Positions 1-9,558 of a stretch of 64,000 nucleotides of DNA are shown one piece after another. Origin of the DNA: a virus; IMG/VR virus record IMGVR_UViG_3300027804_000039, positions 32,001 to 96,000 of that record. The stretch is one strand, 5' to 3'. The number at the start of each line of letters is the position of its first letter. The first letter of the stretch is position 1. The notes below the pieces were generated by a model. It saw only the letters and a program-made list of their open reading frames with translations. It had not been told where the DNA came from and made no database searches. Made by a program: the position numbers and the translations under genes.

Positions 1-274
1 CAGCGTCAACAGCCAACTCTGATGTAAAGTATTTGTTATTGATACCCTGTACTACATCGTCGGTGTTTAATCCTGAAACTTCAAGTTCCTTACTTACAGC
101 GTTATAAGTCAATCCGTAGCCGGCTACCTTGTCGCTTACAGCAGGCTTGCCACCAGCAGTTAATCCGTCGCCGATCCAAAGTTGTTCTCCATCGGTAGTC
201 CATACTAGTTCGCCGCTTTCAAAAACTACTCCTGAACGCTGAGCATCTGTGCCTCTTCTAATTCTTAGCGCCAT
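1..274 (-). CDS. Partial virion structural protein with tail-fibre/Mtd-like N-terminus (runs off window)
   Basis: Manual translation MALRIRRGTDAQRSGVVFESGELVWTTDGEQLWIGDG..., an RRG...GEL...IGDG motif typical of phage tail-fibre N-termini. Confidence 0.65.
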   Translation of the reverse strand, partial: MALRIRRGTDAQRSGVVFESGELVWTTDGEQLWIGDGLTAGGKPAVSDKVAGYGLTYNAVSKELEVSGLNTDDVVQGINNKYFTSELAVDA

Positions 275-363
275 TGTGCTATCTCCGTTATTTTTAAGTC
301 TTTTAGACCATTACAACGTATTTATTCAAACGAAGAAAACCGCACTCGCAAAAAGTCGTAAAA

Positions 364-384
364 ATAGGGCCCGTAGGCCCTATT
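364..384 (-). terminator. Intrinsic terminator after rIIB
   Basis: aatagggcc-cgta-ggccctatt hairpin followed by a U-tract on the minus strand. Confidence 0.75.
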
Positions 385-398
385 ATATGCTATGTTAA

Positions 399-1361
399 TT
401 ATTGCTTAGGAAACGGCCAAGACTTGCTGGCTGTTGGAGCAACGTAGCGATAACGCTCTTGGTTGCCCCACATACGGTCCTGACTGCCTTTAGCATAGCC
501 TTCACTATAGTCGGTATACTCTTTGCCGTACAATTCACCGCTGACATTGTACTCGTTGCGCCAACCAGCAGTATAGCCTCGGTAGAACTGGCTAGAACCA
601 GTCTTCATTGGCTTGTCGTAGTTGGTACTGTTAGATTGGACAGAACGGGTAAATGCTTGGTCTGCTTTGTCCTGATCAATTTCACCAACCACTTCGTAGC
701 GGCAAGCACGGCCTTTGGTAGCGTTATAATCGCTAGGAATACTAACCACATCACGTGGGTTAATCTTAACGATAACGGTACGCTCGCCGCCAAACGAGTT
801 CAAGTAATCCTTGCTACAGAAGTGAAGTCCTGTAGAACAAGTATTGTCCTTGTTGTCGTCAACGTTGTAGCGTTCCATTTCAACAACCTTACCAACACTA
901 TTGTCCATAGTGCCGCTGTGAACGTCCATATAGTTAGCACGAACTTTCTTGTAAGCAAGGAAGTGGCCATCCGGAGTGATAGGCAAGTTGCCCTTTTCCA
1001 AGAAACCGTACAGTTCGTCGACTGCCCGCTTGCTTGGGTTTTGGTACAGGTTGTCCATAAACATAACCATAGGCTCAATTGGGAAACCTTCCTTGAGCAT
1101 ATCAATCATCTTTACAGCCAAAGTAGTGTGCAGTTCCACACCCTTCCAAAACAAGGTTTCGCCTTGGATGGAAACATTGCCCTTACCATAGTTAAGAACA
1201 ATTTTCTTAGGCTCGATTGCGTCCTTTACAGCATCCCAATCTCCTGCCTTAATAGCATCAACTACCTTAGAGTAGGTAATGTGTGTTTTGTTGATAGTGT
1301 GTGGTTTGTTATCAATAACAACTACAACATTATCGCCTTGAATCAAAAACGGATAGCTCAT
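399..1361 (-). CDS. rIIB: rIIB-like protector from prophage-induced early lysis
   Basis: FLAYKKVR..., CSTGLHFCS and SIPSDYN..KGRACRYEV motifs; directly downstream of rIIA; start set at MSYPF. Confidence 0.9.
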   Translation of the reverse strand: MSYPFLIQGDNVVVVIDNKPHTINKTHITYSKVVDAIKAGDWDAVKDAIEPKKIVLNYGKGNVSIQGETLFWKGVELHTTLAVKMIDMLKEGFPIEPMVMFMDNLYQNPSKRAVDELYGFLEKGNLPITPDGHFLAYKKVRANYMDVHSGTMDNSVGKVVEMERYNVDDNKDNTCSTGLHFCSKDYLNSFGGERTVIVKINPRDVVSIPSDYNATKGRACRYEVVGEIDQDKADQAFTRSVQSNSTNYDKPMKTGSSQFYRGYTAGWRNEYNVSGELYGKEYTDYSEGYAKGSQDRMWGNQERYRYVAPTASKSWPFPKQ

Positions 1362-1362
1362 T

Positions 1363-3528
1363 TTAAATACCTTTCTGTGTGTCAATCACATTAATATAAT
1401 CTGCCAATTCACCTGCCGGAACACTACGCAGATATGCCAACAATGGGTAGCGATTATTCAACGCATGACATTCTTTGACATACTGGTTAACTTGTGCTTC
1501 TGGGCTAAACGACACGCCAGCGGCATAACGATTGCACAAACGCTTCAAGCTCTGTTCGTTGTAACGAATTTTATCAAAACCTTTCAGTTTCTCCACAAAC
1601 ACTTTGTAAGGACTATTGCTGTTGGCAATAACACTTACTACTGTGCTATTATAGTGAATGTTGGTGTTATTGTCAATAGCCTGGAGCACCAAACTCATAA
1701 CAAGTTTGTTATCAATTGGTTTGCTCAAAACTTTGGCAATATGCTCTTCGATGTTAACCCAGTTCTTTTGAGTTTTGATAAACTCAATGTCACCTTTACG
1801 AACACCATAAATGGTAGTCTTCAAACCATCAATACCACAGTCCTTCAAGTCATTGTAGAACTCTTTAGCATTACCCAAACCAAATTTGGACTCGATGTTA
1901 AAGCCACTCAAAGGCAAGTAATAGTGAATAGTGTTAGCATCAAAGCTATCAGCCTTACCAGCATCACGCCACACCATTTCCTTCTCACGATAGTAACCAC
2001 CATTGCCACGTTCTTGTAGCGACAAGATAGTGACATTTTTAGCAACACCTGCTTGACGTTCTTTCTTCAAAAGCGCACTCGCCTTAGAAACATAAGCAGA
2101 AGGAGGATTGCTAATTGCCTTCAAGAATGCCTTGAGCTTCATGTTTTTAGTCTTGTCTGCACGATCCAACACATAGACATAAACACTATTGTCCGGTTTG
2201 TTTGTACGATAGTCGAACTTAGCACGTTCAACAGCACCAATGTTAGTATCGTTCTCAATAAAGCGAACACGGTCACTGACAGTAAAGCCCCAGTAATGAA
2301 ACATGTCGTAACTATTAGTTTGCGGATTACGCTGGTCACTATAACTGGTACTATTCTTCAAGTTAGAGTACGCTTTGCTATTTTTAGAATAGTCAAAGCC
2401 TCGAACGACAATGTTATACTTCTTAGCAAGCTCGTCAATACCCAACTTGAATTCTTTGGTGCCGCCGTAACGGTTAGCATCGTAAGTTACCAAGTTAGTG
2501 TCAATGGCATACTTCTTAACGGCCGTAGACCACAGACTATGATTAGAACGCTTGGCAAGGAATACGGCACGATTCCACAGGTTAGGAATTGCATTTGCTT
2601 CTTTAGCCAGCACAGATGCTAGTGCAGTATTCAACGATTCTAGCTTAGTCTTAATAGCCGCAATAGTTTGCGGAATATAAGACAAGCCTTCACGTGACGC
2701 TTGGAAGTCCAGTTCGCCGATACCAAAGTGCATTTCCAAACCACAGTTCAGTAGGTGACGCAAATCACCCAATGAATTGTCTGCTTGCGGAATCTCAATA
2801 GGGTAAGCAATATTACCCATGATAGCAATGCTACGACGGCTGTCTTTGTACGAGTGGACACCTGGAATAATATCTTTGTCCAAGTATTCAACATCGCGGA
2901 ATTCAAAATTAGTCTTGCCGCTTACAACAGGACGCAGAGCAAAGTAAGTATATACTTGGCGAGCTTCGTCGACAAACTTGCTGAAGTCCCATTGGTCGTT
3001 GACGCTGAATTTAACTTCAACACCAGCAGGTTCGTCAGACTGTTCGTTAGTCATCAATGCAATACTAGGAACGCCTTGCTCATTGATAAAGGCAGTATAG
3101 ATACCTTTTACACCATCCTTGACAGCAGTTACAGTAAAGTTATCAGTGTAAGAAAAAGGAGACTTACTACCGAGGCCAAGAGCACCAATAAACTCGTTTG
3201 AATTAGTTTTAGTAGACTCGAAATAAGTTGTATAGATGTTAGTAACTTGTTCATGATTAAGACCAGTACCGTAGTCACGAATACTAAACCAAGGCTCCAA
3301 TTGGTTAGGCAAATGCACATCAAACGGAACATCACTCTTGCCAGCGGCAATATGACTGTCCACAGCATTACAACTCAGTTCGCGGACGATAGCACGGATC
3401 TTGTTAGCATACAAGCCCGAGCTCAAAATGTTAAATGCCTTAGCAGAGTTGCGAATACGGAACTCGCCAATTTCGCCCACGTTGGACATAATTGCTTCGT
3501 TTTGGGGAGTAGTATTAATGATTGCCAT
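1363..3528 (-). CDS. rIIA: rIIA-like protein (N-terminal GHKL/HATPase domain)
   Basis: RELSCNAVDSH, IRDYGTGL, GALGLGSKSPFSY GHKL motifs; adjacent to rIIB. Confidence 0.9.
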   Translation of the reverse strand: MAIINTTPQNEAIMSNVGEIGEFRIRNSAKAFNILSSGLYANKIRAIVRELSCNAVDSHIAAGKSDVPFDVHLPNQLEPWFSIRDYGTGLNHEQVTNIYTTYFESTKTNSNEFIGALGLGSKSPFSYTDNFTVTAVKDGVKGIYTAFINEQGVPSIALMTNEQSDEPAGVEVKFSVNDQWDFSKFVDEARQVYTYFALRPVVSGKTNFEFRDVEYLDKDIIPGVHSYKDSRRSIAIMGNIAYPIEIPQADNSLGDLRHLLNCGLEMHFGIGELDFQASREGLSYIPQTIAAIKTKLESLNTALASVLAKEANAIPNLWNRAVFLAKRSNHSLWSTAVKKYAIDTNLVTYDANRYGGTKEFKLGIDELAKKYNIVVRGFDYSKNSKAYSNLKNSTSYSDQRNPQTNSYDMFHYWGFTVSDRVRFIENDTNIGAVERAKFDYRTNKPDNSVYVYVLDRADKTKNMKLKAFLKAISNPPSAYVSKASALLKKERQAGVAKNVTILSLQERGNGGYYREKEMVWRDAGKADSFDANTIHYYLPLSGFNIESKFGLGNAKEFYNDLKDCGIDGLKTTIYGVRKGDIEFIKTQKNWVNIEEHIAKVLSKPIDNKLVMSLVLQAIDNNTNIHYNSTVVSVIANSNSPYKVFVEKLKGFDKIRYNEQSLKRLCNRYAAGVSFSPEAQVNQYVKECHALNNRYPLLAYLRSVPAGELADYINVIDTQKGI

Positions 3529-3566
3529 TGTAAGCCTTTCGGTGCTTGTTTGTTTAGTATGTGTAT

Positions 3567-3595
3567 ATTATAACGCAGATATCCTGATATGTCAA
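3567..3595 (-). promoter_or_regulatory. sigma70-type early promoter for rIIA
   Basis: TTGACA-17-TATAAT on minus strand. Confidence 0.85.
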
Positions 3596-3670
3596 CTGTT
3601 GATGGTTTCAAAATTTGGAGTCATTGACAGGTTTCTGTCCAAAATAAATGGGCCCAAAGGCCCATTTTGG

Positions 3671-3865
3671 TTAATCAATCTTTTCTATGCGAGCTCTCCA
3701 ATAGTAGTCTGGGCTACCGCCTTCTTCCCAATGTGCCGCATACTTTTTGGCTTCTTCTAGTGTAGTAAAGAACTTAGTATCGTTTGGGTCAACTCTTTGT
3801 CCCCAACCACGCTCATATTCGGTTACTGTGACTTTATAGAGTCCGGAAAGTTTAACTTCTGCCAT
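3671..3865 (-). CDS. Small hypothetical phage protein
   Basis: 64-aa ORF with SD (AAGGAG) and own promoter TTGACT-16-TATACT at 3893-3920. Confidence 0.7.
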   Translation of the reverse strand: MAEVKLSGLYKVTVTEYERGWGQRVDPNDTKFFTTLEEAKKYAAHWEEGGSPDYYWRARIEKID

Positions 3866-3930
3866 TTTGGGCTCCTTTCTTACTAGGCTTTTAGTATAGC
3901 ATCTTAGCCAGAAAAGTCAACCAAAAAAAA

Positions 3931-3950
3931 GTGTTGTATTTCTACAACAC
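3931..3950. promoter_or_regulatory. Palindrome TGTTGTA-N4-TACAACA, copy 1
   Basis: gtgttgtatttctacaacac; near-identical copies at 7618-7636 and 18060-18077. Confidence 0.55.
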
Positions 3951-3993
3951 CTTTTCCACATAGTTGCCAGTGACTAGTTGAACGGCTATGTGT

Positions 3994-5070
3994 TTAAAAA
4001 GCGTCCCAGTAACGGTAGCTTTGTTCTTTGACTCTAGTTAGTACAAGTTGAGCGCCATCTGCGTTGGCAAACACATACTTGTTACCATTGTCGTCAATCT
4101 TCTTAAGATTGGCTGGCTCAAAGATTATTCCGTCCCAATCCCAGTCGCCGTCGGCCTCTGGGTCTTGGTTATAGTTCTTGTAGTTAACATGAACACGTTT
4201 AGTCAACGGATTGCCATGCCACTCCTTGTCTTCAAAGCTGGTCTCGCCAATTTCTTCACCGTTAAGTAGAAGTTTGATTTTGTAACGACCTTCATCTGAA
4301 TACTCTGGCTTGGCATTAAGCATAGCCATTGCTTCTTGAGGAGTTTCGCCAAAGCGGTTCATTTCTTCAACAAGAGCTTTGAGCATGTCAAAGTTAAACT
4401 GACCAAACGTACCAGCGATGCCGATAATCTTATCAATGTGTTCTTTTGCTTTCAAATTGTCTTCGCAGTATTCACGAATGAAGTCTGCTTCGAGCCCTTT
4501 GTATTCTAGTGCATAGAACACACGACCAGGACGGTTACGCATGTGTTGATTAACACGCCACTTGTCGTTACAGGTAAGAACAAACAACTTCTTAGTTGGA
4601 TACACACCGTCAAGCAAGGTAAGCATAGCTTCTTGCTCTTGCTCGTCGTAGACCTTTTCGAATTCGTCGAACACAACAATAACGGGCTGTTCAATGCTTT
4701 GAATAAATGCATTGAAAGAATCTCCACACCACGGTGCATTAATCACAATAGTTGGAATATCCTTTTCGTATCCTTTGATAGAAAGCATTTTAGCCAGCAG
4801 AGTCTTGCCTGAACCTTTTTCACCGGTAAGCATTACCCCAGTAGCTGCAGGCCGATCGTTAAATGCATAAAGAATACGGTCGGCACGTTTGGTAGTATCG
4901 CCGTAGACTTTGCCTTTGAATTCAAATTTGTCAATTGCCTCAAGGAACAACTGCCCAGTCATTTCATCTTTCTTGATGACATAGTTACCAGCGGGAAGTT
5001 TCTCTTGGATGTCAAGAGCTTCCTTTTTAGAAACTTTGTAAGTGTTACCTTGTTTTAGAAAATAAGTCAT
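3994..5070 (-). CDS. AAA+ ATPase
   Basis: Walker A GEKGSGKT, Walker B VVFDEFEK, RPGR arginine finger; start MTYF; promoter TTGACT-17-TATAAT at 5114-5142. Confidence 0.9.
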   Translation of the reverse strand: MTYFLKQGNTYKVSKKEALDIQEKLPAGNYVIKKDEMTGQLFLEAIDKFEFKGKVYGDTTKRADRILYAFNDRPAATGVMLTGEKGSGKTLLAKMLSIKGYEKDIPTIVINAPWCGDSFNAFIQSIEQPVIVVFDEFEKVYDEQEQEAMLTLLDGVYPTKKLFVLTCNDKWRVNQHMRNRPGRVFYALEYKGLEADFIREYCEDNLKAKEHIDKIIGIAGTFGQFNFDMLKALVEEMNRFGETPQEAMAMLNAKPEYSDEGRYKIKLLLNGEEIGETSFEDKEWHGNPLTKRVHVNYKNYNQDPEADGDWDWDGIIFEPANLKKIDDNGNKYVFANADGAQLVLTRVKEQSYRYWDAF

Positions 5071-5152
5071 TGTGTTAAATCTTTCAATGAGGGGATAAAA
5101 ACTGTATGTATCTATTATATGCATTTAGACACATACAGTCAACAACGTTTGG

Positions 5153-5620
5153 TTATACGTACCAAATTTCTTTGAAGCCTTCATCTTCGGTTGGTTCTTG
5201 CCAACCGTCGATCATTTGATCCACAACGTATTGTGGAATCACCTTACCAGGACGATTAGCCAATCTGCGATCCAATTCTGCTCTGTTAGGAGTGCGGAAT
5301 ACAATAGCAATATGTTCGTATCTTGGCAAAGTATTAAACTTGCGAGCTCGACTTGCAACGGTTGTGCTAGTCTGATCCCAAATCAAATCTAAGTTATTTG
5401 CTTCACAAATCTTTGCTTGGTTAACCATTAACTTAACAGCGATTGGCATATAGTCGTCAAATACTTCAGAATAGGTCTTACCTTGTTCTTTAGCATAAGC
5501 TTCTACAAACGAATCTGTACAAACTACAGGCATGTCCTTTGCCCAATCCTGGTTAGAAACCCAAGTGCTCTTGCCTGCGGCAGGAACTCCAATTAATTGA
5601 TAACATTTTGGCATTACCAA
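5153..5620 (-). CDS. P-loop kinase, AAA_33/polynucleotide-kinase-like
   Basis: GVPAAGKST P-loop, WDQT motif, R..R lid. Confidence 0.75.
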   Translation of the reverse strand: MVMPKCYQLIGVPAAGKSTWVSNQDWAKDMPVVCTDSFVEAYAKEQGKTYSEVFDDYMPIAVKLMVNQAKICEANNLDLIWDQTSTTVASRARKFNTLPRYEHIAIVFRTPNRAELDRRLANRPGKVIPQYVVDQMIDGWQEPTEDEGFKEIWYV

Positions 5621-5805
5621 GTCTCCACACCTGAAATATCTACTCTAACTTTAGCAGGACGATCGTTGATATCCATGTCCATAGTAAGTGTCAGGATACT
5701 ACCAATGCCGCTAGAATTATCTGATTTTAGTTCGTAAGATCTAGCATCGTCGAACTCGTTCATGACTGCTAGAATCTTCTCAACTTCTTGTTTAGTAATA
5801 TACAT
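5614..5805 (-). CDS. Small hypothetical protein
   Basis: 63-aa ORF containing SSGIG motif, seen in short phage proteins. Confidence 0.65.
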   Translation of the reverse strand: MYITKQEVEKILAVMNEFDDARSYELKSDNSSGIGSILTLTMDMDINDRPAKVRVDISGVETW

Positions 5806-5909
5806 TATGCTTTCCTATTCAAAATAAAACCCTTAGAATAGATTAAGAATGCCTTACCGCTTCTAATCATTTGTTTGAAATAATATTCACGATAAGACAT
5901 TCTTGTTCC

Positions 5910-6518
5910 TTACATTGTAGGACCGTTGCCGTTCCTAAAACCCACATTACCACCTTCTGCTTCAATTCGCTTTAACACATCTTCAAATAAGATAGGTGCA
6001 AAGTCTGGTGTTTGTTCTACGCAAACGCAATGGTAGCGTGGATCAATTTCGTCACCGTATAACACTTCGCCGGTCTTAGCATCAACTCCGCGGGCCTTAC
6101 GCACTCGATTTGCGTGTAAGTGTCCGTGAATGTTAACACCAAAACGTCCTAAGCTATCTGCGTGTACAGGAATATGACTTAAGATCATTCCGTTCATAAC
6201 ATGGTATGCCCGTAATTCTCTAAAGTATTGTCTGTACTCGTCATCTCTAAAGATGTCGTGGTTACCGCGAATTAAGACCTTGTCGCCGTTTAAGCGTCTT
6301 AAAGTTCCTAACGCCTTACGGTTAATAACAACGTCACCTAAGTGGTAGACTTTATCTGTGGGCTTGACTCTTTCGTTCCAAGCCTTAACCATGGCTTCGT
6401 CCATTTCGTCCGGGTCATCCCACGGACGTAACTTTGTAAAGCCATCGCTACGTGTGAAGCGGCAAACACCTGTGTGACCAAAGTGCGTGTCGCTGACTAA
6501 AAATACACTAGGCATCAT
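5910..6518 (-). CDS. Calcineurin-like metallophosphoesterase
   Basis: SDTHFGH, HLGD, RGNHD, HGHLH motifs. Confidence 0.9.
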   Translation of the reverse strand: MMPSVFLVSDTHFGHTGVCRFTRSDGFTKLRPWDDPDEMDEAMVKAWNERVKPTDKVYHLGDVVINRKALGTLRRLNGDKVLIRGNHDIFRDDEYRQYFRELRAYHVMNGMILSHIPVHADSLGRFGVNIHGHLHANRVRKARGVDAKTGEVLYGDEIDPRYHCVCVEQTPDFAPILFEDVLKRIEAEGGNVGFRNGNGPTM

Positions 6519-6529
6519 GCCCTCCTTTC

Positions 6530-6997
6530 TTAAAAATCATTTCTAAAAGCTCGCCAATCATCTATGTTTGGCGTTTCATCTGCATCATAAGTCCAACCCA
6601 ATGCTTTCATCATACGGTGCTTGACTAGTAAGTTAGGGCTACGAAATCTTTCTGTATCTTGAAATCCCATCATAACTCCTACTTCGCAGACAGCACCGCT
6701 ACGACAAATGCCAGCAAAGCAATGAACAATAACGTCCATGTGATTGTCTAGTGCATGTTGGAGCAAACGAACAAGCTCGTTGGCTTGCTCTTGGCTGCAC
6801 TTCATTGCTTCTTCTAACACTTCGTCTTTTTCTTCTACGTCAAGAAATTCAAAACGATGTACTTCTTTGAATTGATGCTTTGGTGTTGGGAACCAACTTG
6901 CTGGGTCAGCAATTTGGATCAACATTGAATTTTCTTTTACAGCAACATGGAATCCTTTTGGAATATCATCTGCTGCACAATTTTGAATCCACGGCAT
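6530..6997 (-). CDS. Cys-based (PTP/dual-specificity-like) phosphatase
   Basis: HCFAGICRS = CX5R active-site loop. Confidence 0.8.
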   Translation of the reverse strand: MPWIQNCAADDIPKGFHVAVKENSMLIQIADPASWFPTPKHQFKEVHRFEFLDVEEKDEVLEEAMKCSQEQANELVRLLQHALDNHMDVIVHCFAGICRSGAVCEVGVMMGFQDTERFRSPNLLVKHRMMKALGWTYDADETPNIDDWRAFRNDF

Positions 6998-7547
6998 TTT
7001 CTTTTTTCCTTTTTCTATATGTTTCGTTGTTACAATAAGGCCAAATTGCAGGAATTACCGCTTCTTCAATTTCACTTATCTGTTTGGCAGTTAAGTGGTC
7101 CAAACTCCAAACTAGAACTTCCAATGTATCTACATCAACTTTATGCTTTACAGGAAAGTCTAGCACTCCGGGTGCAACAAGTTTCTTACCAATCTTAACA
7201 TAGTGACTGGGAATTTCTGTTACACCTTCAATTATATACTTACAAACACCTTCTTTCCAACCTTCTGGGAACATCCATTTTGGTTCTACTTTTTCAACGG
7301 GTGTACTGTACAATGTGGCCAAATCAACATCCAATTTAGGACGATGTGTTTGGTGACGATTAATTACAGTATTTGTTGCCGCTTTACCAAAATAGAAATT
7401 CACGTCAGGATAGATGTAGTATAAACCACGATGGTTTCCTACTTCTGCTCTGTTAATTGCGCCTTCGGTAGTGCTATAGGGTTCAACCCATGCATGACCT
7501 AACTGCTCAAATACTTCACGAATTTTGGCTAAGTGTTTACTTTTCAT
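6966..7547 (-). CDS. Hypothetical protein, possibly GIY-YIG-like
   Basis: GLYYIY...FYFGKA...RH..H and a downstream Glu loosely fit GIY-YIG; own promoter TTGACA-17-TATAAT at 7554-7582. Confidence 0.4.
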   Translation of the reverse strand: MKSKHLAKIREVFEQLGHAWVEPYSTTEGAINRAEVGNHRGLYYIYPDVNFYFGKAATNTVINRHQTHRPKLDVDLATLYSTPVEKVEPKWMFPEGWKEGVCKYIIEGVTEIPSHYVKIGKKLVAPGVLDFPVKHKVDVDTLEVLVWSLDHLTAKQISEIEEAVIPAIWPYCNNETYRKRKKENAVDSKLCSR

Positions 7548-7590
7548 ACTATAATTATAGCACCAAATTTTGGTATTGTCAATCTAAAAA

Positions 7591-7612
7591 AATAGGGCCC
7601 AAAGGCCCTATT
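7591..7612 (-). terminator. Intrinsic terminator after the DUF2828 gene
   Basis: aatagggcc-caaa-ggccctatt hairpin with A-run on plus (U-tract on minus). Confidence 0.75.
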
Positions 7613-7642
7613 CAAAAGTGTTGTATTTCTACAACATAACTT

Positions 7643-9049
7643 TTAGATATCGTAGCGTGGGACCATTACAGTCTTAAGCATGATACCTTCTGGAGTGAAT
7701 TGATCCAAATCAGCTGAAAGCAAGGCCTTCATGATGCTTGGGCTAAATCCACTTACCAGTGCCGCACCACTCTTGTCTGCCTTTACAGGCACGTTACCAG
7801 AACTGTTTAGGTTCCAGAACACAATTTGTGGAACAGTATAACCTGCATCTGCGAACTTGCGTTCAATCATTTGCATTGCTGTGTCGTCGAAACGAGCACA
7901 TTGGTTAAACTGCATGTCGCTCAAGATAAGCAACATCTTTGGCATATCGCTTTCTGGGACGTTACCCTTGACAGCAACACTAAGGATCTTGTCCATAGCC
8001 TTGTGCAAGTCGGTACTCATTTCCCAGTTACTACGTGACATTTGGTCAACCTTTTGAACGATGTTACCCTTTAGAGTAACAAGTTCTGGCTTGCTTGAGA
8101 AGGTCAAGAATGTGTCCTTGAACGCACCCTTGTTCTTGTCTGCTAGGTACAAACCTAAACCAACTGCAACGTCCAAGCAACGAACAGACGAACCTGGAAC
8201 AGGTGTGGTCATAGAACCACTTACGTCGACTAGAGGTAGGATACTTGCGTCACCTACATAGTTAGGCAGAGCGTCCCATTGTGCGATGACATGGTCGGTT
8301 TCTGTCTTGTCCAGCTTGGTGTAGCTGTGTGCGATGCCCTTAAGGACATCGTGTGGGAAGATTGCATCGGCGTTAACCTTTACAGTCTTATCCCCTGCCA
8401 CCAACTTGGCCACATACTCTGCAAATGCAGGTGTGTGACGGTTGAATGCCTTCTTGTAGTTGCGAGCAGCTACAGAAGGAACATGTGAGAAGTTAATGTT
8501 GTCCCAGTCGTTGGCACACATTTGTGTTTCAACAACTGTAGTGAGAGCAACAAGACTCTTACGATATTGCTTAGGAGTCATTCCGAAGAATGCTCGTACT
8601 TCAGCCGCAATCTTACCCTTACGTGGAGTCCACTTAGCGGCAAGACCGTTCTTCGCACGAAGGGCATCGCCCAACATGGTATAAGCGGCTGACTTTAGGA
8701 CCGGACTTTGGAAGACAAAGATATCATCCCAGCGGCCTACTTCAGGCACCTTCTTTAGCAAAGCCAAAGCGGCGTCTGGATCGCGTTGTTCTAGATGAAC
8801 TAGAATATCGCGGAACAGTTGACGTTCACCTGCACCGCCACGGACATCACGTGCCCATTGTGCAATGCGAAGTGCTACATCAGAATTCTCGACATACGCG
8901 GCAGTAAATGCCTTAGTGATGTCCTTACCACGGCTTGCGCCGATGTTGTAAAACAGGTCAACTGTAGCCTTAGCTGTTGACTTACGTGCCTTCATACCGT
9001 TTGCGGTACGGGCTTCTTGGTTTGCTACTGCTGTTACAAATGCGTTCAT
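7643..9049 (-). CDS. DUF2828-family helical-repeat + vWA protein (Ro60/TROVE-like architecture)
   Basis: RDVRGGAGER, GRWDD, AKWTPR, C-terminal vWA with MIDAS DVSGSM and ILSDMQF, IVFWNL; Ro60 relationship is inferred. Confidence 0.8.
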   Translation of the reverse strand: MNAFVTAVANQEARTANGMKARKSTAKATVDLFYNIGASRGKDITKAFTAAYVENSDVALRIAQWARDVRGGAGERQLFRDILVHLEQRDPDAALALLKKVPEVGRWDDIFVFQSPVLKSAAYTMLGDALRAKNGLAAKWTPRKGKIAAEVRAFFGMTPKQYRKSLVALTTVVETQMCANDWDNINFSHVPSVAARNYKKAFNRHTPAFAEYVAKLVAGDKTVKVNADAIFPHDVLKGIAHSYTKLDKTETDHVIAQWDALPNYVGDASILPLVDVSGSMTTPVPGSSVRCLDVAVGLGLYLADKNKGAFKDTFLTFSSKPELVTLKGNIVQKVDQMSRSNWEMSTDLHKAMDKILSVAVKGNVPESDMPKMLLILSDMQFNQCARFDDTAMQMIERKFADAGYTVPQIVFWNLNSSGNVPVKADKSGAALVSGFSPSIMKALLSADLDQFTPEGIMLKTVMVPRYDI

Positions 9050-9062
9050 GTGTGTTTCCTTT

Positions 9063-9118
9063 CAGAATGTATTTTGTTTTCGATATGCTTGAAAATTTAA
9101 GGTTGCTGTTAACATTCT
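9063..9118 (-). ncRNA. CAGCAA-stem RNA copy A (56 nt, abuts SD of DUF2828 gene)
   Basis: 5' AGAAUGU-UAA-CAGCAA...ACAUUCU-G 3'. Confidence 0.75.
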
Positions 9119-9128
9119 ATGTCTCTAG

Positions 9129-9380
9129 CAGGATGAGCGGAACGGTTTTTATTTTCTGCTTGACCCCATCCCCTGTATATCGGTTCAGTTCCTCAAGCCT
9201 ATTATGTAAGTTCTGTACATAAACATATAGGTCTTTCCCTAGTCGTTAGTTCCGTAAGCGTCTGTATTGCTACAGATAGGGCACCTTCAATGGATTTCTC
9301 CTCCAGTGTTCCAAGCCTTGCGAGCCACCGTCTACTACATTAAGTGCAGTCAGTATAGTTTAAATTGCTGAAATCATCCT
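9129..9380 (-). ncRNA. CAGCAA-stem RNA copy B (252 nt)
   Basis: 5' AGGAUGA-UUU-CAGCAA...UCAUCCU-G 3'; internal GCAA tetraloop hairpins. Confidence 0.75.
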
Positions 9381-9389
9381 AGAAATCAA

Positions 9390-9510
9390 CAGATTAGTTT
9401 TGTGCCCACTCTTTTACATGTTTGAGCTACATGTTTGATAGGCTGTGAAGTTATCTCTGCCCATCGTTTGATACGGGTATTAGCCGTGAATGATTTGCTG
9501 TAACTAATCT
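9390..9510 (-). ncRNA. CAGCAA-stem RNA copy C (121 nt)
   Basis: 5' AGAUUAG-UUA-CAGCAA...CUAAUCU-G 3'. Confidence 0.75.
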
Positions 9511-9529
9511 AAAATCTTACAATAGTTCT

Positions 9530-9558
9530 ATTGTATGTTCTTTCCCAGTGTGTGTCAA
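9530..9558 (-). promoter_or_regulatory. sigma70-type promoter driving RNA copies C-B-A and the DUF2828 gene
   Basis: TTGACA-17-TACAAT. Confidence 0.8.

Noticed and set aside
402-3573. Long + strand ORFs (330, 184, 189, 138, 108 aa) over rIIA/rIIB
   Set aside because: Antisense shadows of well-supported minus-strand genes; no SD or recognisable motifs
7150-7170. GGAAAGUC RNase P-like motif
   Set aside because: Lies within a protein-coding ORF with no other RNase P elements
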